From positions 3,445,752 through 3,509,751 of the forward strand of contig OZ240251.1 in the NCBI GenBank assembly GCA_965198285.1: a DNA stretch of 64,000 nucleotides, read 5' to 3'. The stretch is from Chloroflexota bacterium (GTDB lineage Bacteria; Chloroflexota; UBA11872). The translations under genes were made by a program, and so were the position numbers. This document shows, piece by piece, positions 18,433 to 26,490 of this stretch (positions are counted from its first letter, which is position 1; every line of letters starts with the position of its first letter). The notes below the pieces were generated by a model. It made no database searches and was not told where the DNA came from. It saw nothing but the letters and a program-made list of their open reading frames with translations.

Positions 18433-18624
18433 AACAAGCGGGGGCCAGGCGTCAGGAAGGTGAGTAGGCGGATTAGGGGGGCGAGCATGGAGGGTCCGGG
18501 GGAGGGACTTGGGAAAGGGCGTCTCTAGTGTACACTGCATGGATACGAAGAGCAAGGGTGATAAGGGTAGTGAGTCATTTTGATGTCTCCATGCGGCCTG
18601 GTTGGGGGACAGACCTCGACCGGA

Positions 18625-19050
18625 GGACCCCTCACCGAATTCCGCCGGGGACGGCGGAGTCTGCCTCTCCCCTCGGAGAGGGTGAAGAGCCGGGCAGCGA
18701 CTGAGGAGCGTGGGGTGCGCTGGAGTTGGTTGCCCGGGGGACCCCTCACCGATTTCGGCCGAAGACGCCCGAATCTGCCTCTCCCCTTGGAGAGGGTGAA
18801 GAGCCGGGCAGCGACTGAGGAGCGTGGGGTGCGCTGGAGTTGGTTGCCCGGGGGGACCCCTCACCGAATTCCGCCGGGGACGGCGGAGTCTGCCTCTCCC
18901 CTCGGAGAGGGTGAAGATTGGGAGCCGCCACGTAGGACCGTGGTGGGTGCTCGGACGAGCCCTCACCGATTTCCGCCGAAGACGGCGGAATCCTTCGGCT
19001 AGCTCAGGACGGGTTCTGCCTCTCCCCCAGGCGAGGGGAGGATTGGCGGG
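18625..19050. repeat. ~114-bp tandem repeat, 3.8 copies, each unit carrying two hairpins (REP/MITE-like family)
   Basis: The unit is GGACCCCTCACCGAATTCCGCCGGGGACGGCGGAGTCTGCCTCTCCCCTCGGAGAGGGTGAAGAGCCGGGCAGCGACTGAGGAGCGTGGGGTGCGCTGGAGTTGGTTGCCCGGG. The hairpins are TTCCGCCG-NNNN-CGGCGGAA and CCTCTCC-CCTC-GGAGAGG. Related copies lie at 58.23 kb and 61.87 kb. Confidence 0.7.
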
Positions 19051-19127
19051 ATGTGGTTCGACTCGGGCCCATTCGACAGGCTCAGGGCAGGTTCTTCGAC
19101 GGACTCTGGCCCGGCTGACCATGAACG
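19048..19127. repeat. flank repeat block B (left copy); right copy at 26199..26255
   Basis: GGGATGTGGTTCGACTCGGGCC ... GGACTCTGGCCCGGCT(G/C)ACCATGAACGG is shared. The left copy has a 30-bp insertion between the two halves. Confidence 0.55.
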
Positions 19128-19329
19128 GTGGATGCGAGTACGTGGGCTCGGGTTGGTGGGGAGGTCGGGGTGACACTGGTGCGCTGGGATTGTTGGGTGC
19201 TGCTGGGTCCCGGCTGGGGACGCCGGGATGACGGGGGAAGTGCGCTCGGGATGCGGGCGTGGACGGGATGTGAGGTTGCGCTGGGTTTGATCATGGTGCT
19301 GGGTCCCGGCTGAAGACGCCGGGATGACG

Positions 19330-19455
19330 GGATGTGTTCAGTCGGTCGGGCCAATGTGTTCAGTTTTGGGGCGACTGTGTTCAGTTTTTGGCCCGATGTG
19401 TTCACTCTCCGGCCGAATGTGTTCACTTTGGCGAGGCAGGTGTTCAGTTTTCGGT
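19330..19455. repeat. iteron-like array 1: 6 x 21-22 bp direct repeats (consensus GGCCRAATGTGTTCAGTTTTNGG)
   Basis: The units start near 19331, 19354, 19376, 19396, 19417 and 19439. They are contiguous with no spacers, and the array is preceded by GACGCCGGGATGACGGG. Confidence 0.7.
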
Positions 19456-19497
19456 GGCGGGCGTTGGTTGGGGATCGGGGACGGCGGGATGACGGGG

Positions 19498-19615
19498 ATG
19501 TGTCCACTCTGTCAGGCCAATGTGTCCAGTTTTTGGCCCGATGTGTCAACTTTTCGGGCGAATGTGTCCAGTTTTTGCCGAAATGTGTCCAGTTTCCGGC
19601 CGAATGTGTGCGGTG
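19498..19615. repeat. iteron-like array 2: 6 x 21-22 bp direct repeats (variant core ATGTGTCCAGTTTT)
   Basis: The units start near 19499, 19519, 19541, 19562, 19584 and 19604. The array is preceded by GACGGCGGGATGACGGGG, so the two arrays form a higher-order duplication of about 170 bp. Confidence 0.7.
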
Positions 19616-20151
19616 AGGAAGGGAAGAGGGGAGAGCGGAGAGTAGCGAGAGGGGACAAATAGGGGACTGCCTGTGCGGGCTGGGTGCTTCGGGTGTGGTT
19701 CGACAGGCTCACCAGGGACGCAGGGTGCGCTGGGATCGATCATGGCGGTGGGTTCCCCTCCTTCGGCTAGCTCAGGACAGGCTTCGACAAGCTCAGGGAA
19801 GGCTCTCCAGGGACGCCGGGATGACGAGCGTGGTGGCAAGTGGTTGGTGGGTGGTGGGGAGTGGCTTGTGCCGAGGTCGGTTGTTGGGCTGCTGGAGTTT
19901 TGGGGCGAACCGGGGAACGGGGATGCCGGCAATGACATCACTGCCAGCAACGCGATCAGTGCGTGCGGTGCTGGCAGTGCAGGCAACGCTGGCAGGGATT
20001 CCGGAGTCGGAGAGGCAGAGGCGGACAGGGACATGTCTTAGGCGAATGTCCGAAGCAGCATGTGGTTCAATGGCTGGGGCGTACTGTCGGCATTCCCAGG
20101 TCACAGGGTCCGCGCAGCCTGGGCCATCGTGCAGGAGTCGTGTGGGACAAT

Positions 20152-20166
20152 CGTGTGCTAAGCACA
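20152..20166. promoter_or_regulatory. 15-bp palindrome GTGTGCT-A-AGCACAC 23 nt upstream of the 20189 start (candidate operator)
   Basis: Perfect 7-bp arms, with a direct repeat TCGTGTG just upstream. Confidence 0.3.
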
Positions 20167-20188
20167 CCGCGCCTAATCTCTAGGGATA

Positions 20189-21799
20189 TTGCCTGAGACT
20201 ATGGTCATTAACGATCTAAACGCACTCCTGCAAGCTAAAACTAAGATTGAAAACCTCCTCGAGAATGGTGATACGACTGAGGCTTTTGATTTTGCAGACA
20301 ATCTTTGCGCAGGATCGGGCCAAGAGTCCCTTGTGAGAAACCTGCGTGCATGCACATACGCTGACGTAGGCGAACAGAACAATCAGATCTCTCTAATCGA
20401 AGAGGCAATTCGCATTTGGCGTTCGGCCGGGGAAGAAATCACAACTCGCGAGTCGTACAACTTGGCAAGCTCTATGTTGAGCATTTGGAGTCTCTATGAA
20501 GGGCAACACGGATTTGCCGATACTTGGCTGGAACAACGCGACTATCTGCGCGATTCTAGGAAGATATTCTCAGAAATCGCTAACGACGAGGGAGCTGAAA
20601 CAGAATTCCGGTTAAAGGCGCTAACTGACGCTGGAAACTCTTACGACAATGTCGGACGGCACACGGACGCCATCGATTGCTTCGATCGTGCACTCGCGCT
20701 CGACTCTTCATTTGCAATGGCGACGGGCAATCGCGGCCTGGCCCTCCTCTACGCATCGCCTTACATGAGGGATTTTGAGCGTGAGATTGAGCTACTCGCG
20801 GCAGCAGACCTTGATCACGCGATAAGTAATTCGGAAAGCGTGCTAAAGCATGGCGGAGAGTCGGCGCTAGAGAGCTTTCGCCGGCAGCGCTCTGCAATAC
20901 CTGACTTGCCGAGTGCATCTGATGAATCTGAACCGATGCCACCTAGGTTTACCGATCCTCATTTGACCTGGTGCCTGCGCGAAGGGCTCTTTCTGCACGT
21001 AGCGCCGTGGCTGGTGGGTAGCAATGCGTCGGTTCTCGACCCAATTTTCTTCAGGCGCATAATAACGAGTCTCGGCGCAAGGGACATAACCCTCACCAAT
21101 GAGATCATTGACGCATTTAATACGATTAAGCAGGACTTTGTGTCGGCTCGCTATTTGGTGTGGGCATCGAGTGAGCCTAGCAGTCCAATCTGGACGCATG
21201 CTCAGTCGATCAGCTCGCACGTATCATTTTTGGATACTCTCGATTACGGCAGGTGGGGCGTTCGAACTGGTACTGCAATTCAGGCATTCAAGGCGGCTGT
21301 AGATGTTCTGGATAAGAGTGCGTCCTTTGCACACTTGTACTTCGGCACCAAACAGGCAGCTCGTCGTGTATCGTTTCGTAGCCTACCTTACGAGGACAGC
21401 GCACGTCGAAACGTTGCGGCAGCGTTTGAGAGTGCTTTGAACGGAAAGTCGCCTAACCGAGGGTTGTCGGCCTTAATGGATCTGAGCTACGAACTTGATG
21501 ACGAGGGATCATCGCCTCTAGCACTTAATGTAAACATGCGACACGCTGCCACGCATCGGTTCTTGACTGTTCATTCTGAGATGGCTCCGGAATCGTCGGA
21601 CTGGAGTGAGCGAATCAACTGGCGAGATCTCATCGACGAGTCTTTGTGTCAATTACGACTTGCGAGGTCTGCAATATTCTATTTAGCGCAGATGATTGAC
21701 ATGCAAGAGGATGTCAAGATTGCTACGGAAGCTGGAATGTCGGTGACCATGGCGCTGCCATATGCAAGGCTAGACACTGACTTGCTGGAGGCCGAATAG
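20189..21799 (+). CDS. TPR-repeat protein with C-terminal HEPN-like R-x4-H motif (candidate LA2681-type HEPN RNase / Abi-like protein)
   Basis: 536 aa. The N-terminal two-thirds holds several TPR-like helical pairs (for example AIDCFDRALALDSSFAMATGNRGLAL). At the C-terminus ...ALNVNMRHAATHRFLTVH... gives R-x4-H, the HEPN catalytic signature, in a predicted all-helical region. GC is about 45-50% against ~68% for the flanks, and there is a clean ATG with no overlap. Confidence 0.45.
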   Translation: MPETMVINDLNALLQAKTKIENLLENGDTTEAFDFADNLCAGSGQESLVRNLRACTYADVGEQNNQISLIEEAIRIWRSAGEEITTRESYNLASSMLSIWSLYEGQHGFADTWLEQRDYLRDSRKIFSEIANDEGAETEFRLKALTDAGNSYDNVGRHTDAIDCFDRALALDSSFAMATGNRGLALLYASPYMRDFEREIELLAAADLDHAISNSESVLKHGGESALESFRRQRSAIPDLPSASDESEPMPPRFTDPHLTWCLREGLFLHVAPWLVGSNASVLDPIFFRRIITSLGARDITLTNEIIDAFNTIKQDFVSARYLVWASSEPSSPIWTHAQSISSHVSFLDTLDYGRWGVRTGTAIQAFKAAVDVLDKSASFAHLYFGTKQAARRVSFRSLPYEDSARRNVAAAFESALNGKSPNRGLSALMDLSYELDDEGSSPLALNVNMRHAATHRFLTVHSEMAPESSDWSERINWRDLIDESLCQLRLARSAIFYLAQMIDMQEDVKIATEAGMSVTMALPYARLDTDLLEAE

Positions 21800-21840
21800 G
21801 CACCTGACTGTCGTCGTAGCACGGGCTGCTAGGACGCGAA

Positions 21841-21981
21841 GGTCTCGGGTTTGGCATTAGTGGCGGCTTGTGGTGGTTCCGAAGAGGATGATTCGCTTGG
21901 GTTTGAAGCGGTCGTGGATGAGTTGGGTGATGGCTTGGTTGGTTTCGCGGTTGAGAGGCTCTTCGACAACGCGAATTGGGG
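21841..21981 (-). pseudogene. possible remnant of a minimal nucleotidyltransferase (MNT/pol-beta NTase) N-terminus
   Basis: Minus-strand frame gives ...PIRVVEEPLNRETNQAITQLIHDRFKPKRIILFGTTTSRH(stop). The h-x-x-L-x...K-R-I-I-L-F-G segment resembles the helix plus hG[GS] start of MNT antitoxins, but it stops before the catalytic D.D. It has no start codon and overlaps the restriction-modification gene stop. Confidence 0.2.
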
Positions 21982-24900
21982 CTAGACGGCCACCTGGGCT
22001 TCGGTGTCGCCGGCGGTGAGGGCGTTCATGTAGGCGAGGATTAGGGCTTTGGTGCGGTAGTGGTTGAAGGCGGCTTGGTCCTGGCGTTGGATGATGGGGA
22101 AGGTGGAGAGGATGTAGGCCGCGTCTTCGCGGGTGAGGCCGTAGAGGTGGAAGTAGAGGGCGTCGAGGCGGGCTCGGAGGTGGCGACGTTCTTCGGGGTC
22201 CCAGGGGAAGGGTGGGCCGTGGTGGCCTAGGTCGCGGGCGAAGGGGGCCATGTCGTGGGCGGTGTAGGTGAGGCGGAGGACGTGGTGGTGGACGAGGTCG
22301 GCGGCGGTGCGGTCGCCGAAGCGGCGGTGATAGGTGGCTGGAGGAAGGACCGGGAGTTGCTCGACGGTGTACCAGGTCAAATGCTGACCCTGGACTTTCT
22401 GGCGGGCAACGAAGTCGAACGCGAACGAGTTCAGGGAGGCGAGCCAGAAGCAGGCATTTTCCTTATAAGTGGCGACGTCAGCGTCGGGCATCAGCAGCGG
22501 CAGTGTGTGACCGGCGCCTACGCGCGGAATGATTGAGGCGATGACTGCCCGGACATTCGTTGGCGAAGTTACGTCCTTGAACGCCACTGCCCAACTCAAT
22601 TCATCGGGCCACTTGATGTCTTGCTCACTAACCCAGAACTGAGGAGTCGGTAGCCAATATGGATCGCCGTGCTCTTCGGCTGTGGCCGGTCTTGGCTGGG
22701 CGGGTCGGTGGAGATTCTTCCGGTTGACAACCACGCTGGCGGCGCGGTGGTCAAACGCCTGTGTCATTTTCCCCTCATAGAGAGGGACGTAATGATCAGC
22801 GCCACGCTTCCAACGATTGGCTTGGACGGGGTAGAAGCCCTCTTCCTGCAGTTCGGACGTGGTTCGGAAAAGGTGAGATGAATTGGCCATGTCCAGCATG
22901 CGGACGTAGCGGACGGGCCAAGCGCGGCGTTCGTCGTCGCCTGAACGGTCCACCAGGACAGGATGGTCCTGGTAGATACGGCGAGTGATGTCGGCGTCGC
23001 GGCGGGTGCGGAAGACGGGGGCGGTGCCGGTGTTGGGGTTGACGCGGGCGAAGTCGTCGGGGCTGAGGGTAAAGGCTCGGTCAGGGTCGGTGATGGTGGT
23101 GTCAGGCAGGAAGAAGCCGCAGCGGGTCTCGGGGAACGTGCGCCCGGGTCCGCCGATGATGAGGGCGCAGAACTTGAAGCGGGAGTCGATGTCGGGGAAG
23201 AAAGGCGGCAATTCGGTTCCGAGGCGACGGTTTTCGAAGTCAAAGATTCCGGCGACGCGGCCGGTGGTGGAGACGGACTGGAAGAAGCGGGCGGCGGTGC
23301 GGTCGGCGTAGATGCCGGAGGGGGTGAGCAGGCCGACGAGGCCGTTGGGTTTGACGAGGCGCAGGGAGCGTTCGACAAAGAGGGAGTAGAGGTTGATGTC
23401 GCCACCGCCCAACAACGGGTAGTGGCCGGAGGCGCGGATGACCTGGCCGAGGCGGTCGGCGCGGGCCTTGGCCTTGTCGAAGGCCACGGCCAATGGAGCG
23501 CCATGTTCGCGCAGGCGCTTGATGCCTTCGTGGCGGGCGGCGGCAGTGGCGGCACGGGCGAGATCTGGGTCCCTGGTGGCAAACCACTCGACTTCCTGGA
23601 GCTTGATGCGGTCCCAAGGGGGATTGCCGATGACAGCGTCGAAGCCGCCCTCGGGGGTTTGGTTTTGCCAGTGACGCCAGACGCCGGGGAAGGCGGCTTC
23701 CCAGTGGAGGAAGGATTCCTGGTCGGCTACAGAGTGGGCCTCGGCCAGGCGCTCGCGAAAAGCGGTTGAACGATTGTGCGCTCGGTCGCCCGGCGGACGC
23801 GCCAACTGCTCGTAAGCGCGGCTGGCGTCGGCCCCCAGCGTCTCGGCTATTGGCGCTTCGAATACGGCACGCTGGCGGACCTTGAGGCCGGCGGTGAGCC
23901 AGCGGAGGCCGGTGAGGGTGTCGAGGAAGCTGCGGAGGTCGGCAGTGGCGGACTCGACGGCCTGGAAGAGCGACTGGGACTGGTGGACTTCCGACACGTC
24001 GGCATCGGAGAGCTGTTCGATCCGGCGCATGCCCTGGGCGGCGTTCTCGATGCCTTGCAGCGCGCTGGACACGAACATGGGCACGTCCAGCCGCTGCAAG
24101 TCCGCCGTGGCGTCGGCGCTGTGCAGCCCCAGCAACGAATCTCCGCAGCGTAAATGGTGATCCAAGAACGATAGGGGCGCGCCGACCGTGAAGCTATGGA
24201 GCCAGAGGGAGACCTTTGCAAGTTCGACGGTGAGCGAGTTCTTGTCCACCCCGTAGATGCAGCGCTTGAGCACCAAGCGGCGGATGATGGCCTGGTCGCT
24301 CAACTGGGTCTCGTAGACCTTCCAGCCGGACGCGTGAGCGCGATGCAGGATGTCAGAGCGAATGGCGGCGATACGGTCAAGCAAGGGCGAGTGGTAAGGG
24401 TCGTCTTCGGGCAGCCAGTCGGGGATGGCGGGGACGAACTCAATCAGGTCGGCGACATAGTCGGTCAGGAAATCAACGGCGGTGACTAGGAAATGGCCGC
24501 TGCCCATCGCCGGGTCCAGCACCTTGAGATCGAGCACGGCCTGGGCGGGGTCCAGGCGGGCTAGCTCGGCGCGGCGCTCGGCTTTGGGGCGGCGGTCGCC
24601 CTTCAATTCCTTGGCCCGGGCCTCGAAGGCGTCCAGGCGTTCCTCGATGAGCGGCTTGAGGGTCTGGTCGACTATGAGGTCCACGAGATCCTGCGGGGTG
24701 TAGAAGCTGCCGCTGTCCTTGCGGGCGTAGGGGTTGGGGCGGACCGTCACCGCCCCCTGAGCGTCCAGCACCGGTTCCTGTTCCAGCAGACGTTCGTAGA
24801 TGGATCCGAGTTGCTGGACGGACATGTCGCGGTAGTTGACGTAGCGGCGCTGGCCGTCGGTTTGGGTGTGGCTGAGGTCGTAGATGATGTCGGCGATGAC

Positions 24901-26004
24901 GTTGTCAGAGACGCGGACCCTGCCAAGAAGTTTGGAGGCGTCCTCGGCAAACAGGCCGCCGTTGTAGGGCGGCAGGCCGACGTCCGGATCTCCCTGATCA
25001 ATCTGCCGGAAGAGTTCCTTCAGGTGATTCCAGTAGCTGGCAGCTGTGTCCGAGAAGGTGTCGTTGCGGGCTTTGCGCTCGGCTACGTCGTCGCGTACAC
25101 GCTTGCGGAGGCCGTAGTCGTCGTAGGCGGCGTCGTTAACGGGCAGGAGGCCGCGGTCTTCGGCGTAGAGGACGAAGAGCAGGCGGTAGAGAAAGATGAG
25201 GGCGGCTTCGCGGATTGCGGGCATGGGCCGGTCGGTGGCATCGGCCAGGGCCTGGAGGAGGCGGGGAAAGACGCGCTGGAAGACGACGCCGGCGAGGCTC
25301 TGGGCGACGCGCTGTTCGTAACGACGGCCCTGGTCTAGAGCGGTCTCCAGGAAGGTGACGGCGGCGCCGGGGCGGCGCAGGAAGGCGGAGCGGCGAAAGA
25401 GAAGGTGGAAGGTGCGGAGGGCGTCCTGGTCGTCGGCTTGGAGGAGGGCCTGGAGGTCGGCTTCGTAGTAGGCGGTGGCGCGGGGGCGAGTTTTCTGGTC
25501 GTAGAGACGCCAGACGGCACCGTTGGTGAGGATCCCCCAGCGGAGGTCGCCGTCGGTGACGGTTTCGGCTTCGCGGAGGTAGCGAAGGATCTGGGCGTGG
25601 GGTGAGGAGGCCTGGAGTCCCTTGCCGGAGCCGCGGGTGTCGAGGGGACGACGGAAGCGTTTGAGCTCGGCGACGGCGAGGGCTTCGAGGAATGAGCTGG
25701 CGTTGGAACCGGTGGCGCGGGTCTTGGCCTGGGCGTCGGGGAAGAGGAGCAGGTCGGGGATATTTTCGCCGCCGCTGGTCGTCTGCTGGGAGAGGTCGTC
25801 GGTCCAGCCGAGGAGTTGGAGCAGGGGACGAATGAGGTCCTGCTCGGTCTGAGTCTCGTTGGGGTTGTGGGCGGTGGGGAAGTCCTGGAAGAGGCGGCGG
25901 GCTTCGTCACGGAAGGTGTTGTAGGCGCGGCGCTGGGTTTGGCGCTCGGGGGTTTGGCGGATGCCGTCGGTGAGGAAGTACTGGGTGAATAGGTGGCCGG
26001 GCAT
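21982..26004 (-). CDS. Type IIG (MmeI-like) restriction-modification enzyme: PD-ExK nuclease + gamma-class N6-adenine methyltransferase + target-recognition region
   Basis: 1340 aa. The N-terminus ENIPDLLLFPD...LAVAELKRF resembles the MmeI-family D...ExK nuclease core. Motif I is VLDPAMGSGHFLV (about aa 515) and motif IV is GNPPW (about aa 790), in gamma order. A C-terminal ~550 aa region ends with an Eco57I/MmeI-like tail (YVPLYEGKM.QAFDHR ... LYGL...YIL.TFPI). No separate methylase gene is nearby. Confidence 0.7.
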   Translation of the reverse strand: MPGHLFTQYFLTDGIRQTPERQTQRRAYNTFRDEARRLFQDFPTAHNPNETQTEQDLIRPLLQLLGWTDDLSQQTTSGGENIPDLLLFPDAQAKTRATGSNASSFLEALAVAELKRFRRPLDTRGSGKGLQASSPHAQILRYLREAETVTDGDLRWGILTNGAVWRLYDQKTRPRATAYYEADLQALLQADDQDALRTFHLLFRRSAFLRRPGAAVTFLETALDQGRRYEQRVAQSLAGVVFQRVFPRLLQALADATDRPMPAIREAALIFLYRLLFVLYAEDRGLLPVNDAAYDDYGLRKRVRDDVAERKARNDTFSDTAASYWNHLKELFRQIDQGDPDVGLPPYNGGLFAEDASKLLGRVRVSDNVIADIIYDLSHTQTDGQRRYVNYRDMSVQQLGSIYERLLEQEPVLDAQGAVTVRPNPYARKDSGSFYTPQDLVDLIVDQTLKPLIEERLDAFEARAKELKGDRRPKAERRAELARLDPAQAVLDLKVLDPAMGSGHFLVTAVDFLTDYVADLIEFVPAIPDWLPEDDPYHSPLLDRIAAIRSDILHRAHASGWKVYETQLSDQAIIRRLVLKRCIYGVDKNSLTVELAKVSLWLHSFTVGAPLSFLDHHLRCGDSLLGLHSADATADLQRLDVPMFVSSALQGIENAAQGMRRIEQLSDADVSEVHQSQSLFQAVESATADLRSFLDTLTGLRWLTAGLKVRQRAVFEAPIAETLGADASRAYEQLARPPGDRAHNRSTAFRERLAEAHSVADQESFLHWEAAFPGVWRHWQNQTPEGGFDAVIGNPPWDRIKLQEVEWFATRDPDLARAATAAARHEGIKRLREHGAPLAVAFDKAKARADRLGQVIRASGHYPLLGGGDINLYSLFVERSLRLVKPNGLVGLLTPSGIYADRTAARFFQSVSTTGRVAGIFDFENRRLGTELPPFFPDIDSRFKFCALIIGGPGRTFPETRCGFFLPDTTITDPDRAFTLSPDDFARVNPNTGTAPVFRTRRDADITRRIYQDHPVLVDRSGDDERRAWPVRYVRMLDMANSSHLFRTTSELQEEGFYPVQANRWKRGADHYVPLYEGKMTQAFDHRAASVVVNRKNLHRPAQPRPATAEEHGDPYWLPTPQFWVSEQDIKWPDELSWAVAFKDVTSPTNVRAVIASIIPRVGAGHTLPLLMPDADVATYKENACFWLASLNSFAFDFVARQKVQGQHLTWYTVEQLPVLPPATYHRRFGDRTAADLVHHHVLRLTYTAHDMAPFARDLGHHGPPFPWDPEERRHLRARLDALYFHLYGLTREDAAYILSTFPIIQRQDQAAFNHYRTKALILAYMNALTAGDTEAQVAV

Positions 26005-26490
26005 TAGAGAAGGACGTTTTCGGTACGGGGAAGCATCGCATGTTTGGGGGTGGGGGGTGTTGGGCTGCGACCGGAAGAGGCCGGTTTGAAACCGGCCCGT
26101 ACGAAAGAGGGGGCGGGGACGGCGGGGGCGTCACGACCGGAAGGTGGGGGGCGGGTTCTCCGAGGGACGCCGGGGCGGCTCACCACGAACGGGGGGCTGG
26201 GGATGTGGTTCGACTCGGGCCGCCGAGGGACTCTGGCCCGGCTCACCATGAACGGATAGAGAAGACGGGCGGGTCGGGGGCAACGGCCCTGCGAAGGGCA
26301 GGACGGGAGGGCGCGGGGTGGGGCAAAGCGTCTGGATTGACCGAAGCGCCGTGGGCCGTAGATGACATGATGGGTGTGGTCGAGTCACGCAGAGATACGG
26401 TGAGCGACGTCGGGACGGGGCGGACGGGTCGCCGTAACTCAATGTGACCCAATACTGAGAATCCAGCAGCCGCGAAGGGCAGGTGCGCCG

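Noticed and set aside
18418-19231. ORFs 18418..19176 minus strand, 18580..19002 plus strand and 18824..19231 plus strand spanning the 114-bp tandem repeats
   Set aside because: These are translations of repeated DNA with internally repeated peptides, so they are not plausible proteins.
19330-19615. Possible CRISPR array
   Set aside because: The repeats are contiguous head-to-tail with no unique spacers, and there are no cas genes.
19082-19662. ORFs translated across the iteron arrays (19082..19549 minus strand with LNT repeats; 19324..19662 plus strand with MCS repeats; 19512..19712 minus strand)
   Set aside because: Their periodic amino-acid repeats are just the 21-bp DNA repeats read in frame. 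They have no start context and no homology.
22764-23582. Pro/Ser/Thr-rich 272-aa ORF and 25335..25910 inside the restriction-modification gene on the same strand in another frame
   Set aside because: These are alternative-frame artifacts of a GC-rich gene with no sequence features of real proteins.
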